Origin: Betaproteobacteria bacterium
GTDB lineage: Bacteria; Pseudomonadota; Gammaproteobacteria; Burkholderiales; Burkholderiaceae_C
Assembly: GCA_031368125.1 (NCBI GenBank)
Contig: JANLQZ010000804.1
Coordinates: 1-45,320, forward strand
Direction of reading: 5' to 3'
DNA length: 45,320 nt
In this document: in pieces, positions 44,625 through 45,320 of the stretch
How the letters are laid out: each line of letters begins with the position of its first letter
How positions within the stretch are numbered: position 1 is the stretch's first letter
Notes under the pieces: generated by a model
Seen by the model: only the letters and a program-made list of their open reading frames with translations
The model's database searches: none
What the model was told of the DNA's origin: nothing
Program-made: the position numbers and the translations under genes

Positions 44625-45320
44625 ATGACAGTTGAATCAAATGGCCAGCAGGCCATCCTCAAGATCGACAAGGCGGTGCGGCGATTTGGTGGGCTTGTCG
44701 CCGTCAACGAAGTTTCCTTCCAGGCCCTGACGGGTCAGGTCACGGGGCTGATCGGTCCCAACGGCGCGGGCAAGTCCACGATGTTCGACCTGATCACGGG
44801 CGTGCGGCCGGTGACATCCGGCGACATCTACTTTCGGGACCAACGCGTCACCGACGCGCCGCCCCACACCCGTAGCCCGATGGGCATGGCCCGCACATTC
44901 CAGATCGTGCGTCTGTTCCACGGAATGACGGTGCTGGAGAACGTGTTGCTCGGGCTGCATCCCAAGTTTCCGGACGGCATCGCTCGCGCACTGTTTTCCA
45001 GCCGTGCCGTGGCGGCGCAGGAACGCAAGGCGCGCGACCGGGCGATGGAATTGCTCGAATTCGTTGGCCTGGCCAGCCGCGCCGCCGACGCCATCGGCCA
45101 CCTGACCCTGGGCCAGCTGCGCCTGGTCGACATCGCCCGCGCCCTCGCCAGCGACCCCGCTCTGCTCATGATGGACGAGCCGGCGGCCGGACTGAACGAC
45201 GCGGAAACCCACAATCTCCTGAACATGATCCTTGAGCTCAAGGCGCGGGGAATGGCGATGCTGGTGGTCGAACACGACATCGACTTCATCATGACGGCCT
45301 GCGATCGCATCGTGGTGATG
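44625..45320 (+). CDS. livG: ABC transporter ATP-binding protein (LivG-like), 3' truncated by the window
   Basis: MTVESNG...FGGLVAV, Walker A GPNGAGKS, ARTFQ, LLMMDEPAAGL and VEHD. Runs off the window end and is absent from the ORF track. Confidence 0.9.
   Translation, partial: MTVESNGQQAILKIDKAVRRFGGLVAVNEVSFQALTGQVTGLIGPNGAGKSTMFDLITGVRPVTSGDIYFRDQRVTDAPPHTRSPMGMARTFQIVRLFHGMTVLENVLLGLHPKFPDGIARALFSSRAVAAQERKARDRAMELLEFVGLASRAADAIGHLTLGQLRLVDIARALASDPALLMMDEPAAGLNDAETHNLLNMILELKARGMAMLVVEHDIDFIMTACDRIVVM

Larger units (their letters stand above)
208..45320. mobile_element. Putative catabolic genomic island inserted at the yicC 3' end (right boundary not in window)
   Basis: yicC is not followed by gmk; arm-like repeats at the junction; only accessory catabolic, transport and regulatory genes including two pseudogenes. 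No integrase or second att copy recognised. Confidence 0.5.

Noticed and set aside
1-45320. CRISPR arrays, tRNA/rRNA genes, IS elements, defence systems
   Set aside because: No repeat-spacer arrays, RNA-gene signatures, transposases or defence-domain proteins seen by eye; the intergenic gaps are short.

Overview
High-GC, probably betaproteobacterial (Burkholderiales-like) window. It opens with the 3' end of yicC. Instead of the usual downstream gmk, three short GGNGTCTT repeats follow, then about 44 kb of CoA-dependent carboxylate catabolism genes, which suggests a catabolic island inserted at yicC (no integrase visible). The cargo includes: three intact acyl-CoA ligases plus one decayed copy; two class III CoA-transferase/racemase genes; an SCP2-type thiolase with an HMG-CoA-synthase-like/DUF35 fusion partner; MaoC hydratases, SDRs, three non-canonical crotonases and two acyl-CoA dehydrogenases; a BKACE enzyme; two APH-fold kinases; a cytoplasmic molybdopterin oxidoreductase; a radical 2-hydroxyacyl-CoA dehydratase/BCR-family module with a single activator; Bug, TRAP and LIV-type ABC transporters; and MarR and TetR regulators. 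The most striking non-coding signal is a 5-bp-periodic TA lattice in most promoter regions, plus a 56-bp element shared (41/56 identical) by the TRAP and ABC binding-protein promoters, suggesting one regulon. The substrate cannot be determined from sequence alone. All assignments are by eye from motifs; no searches were run.
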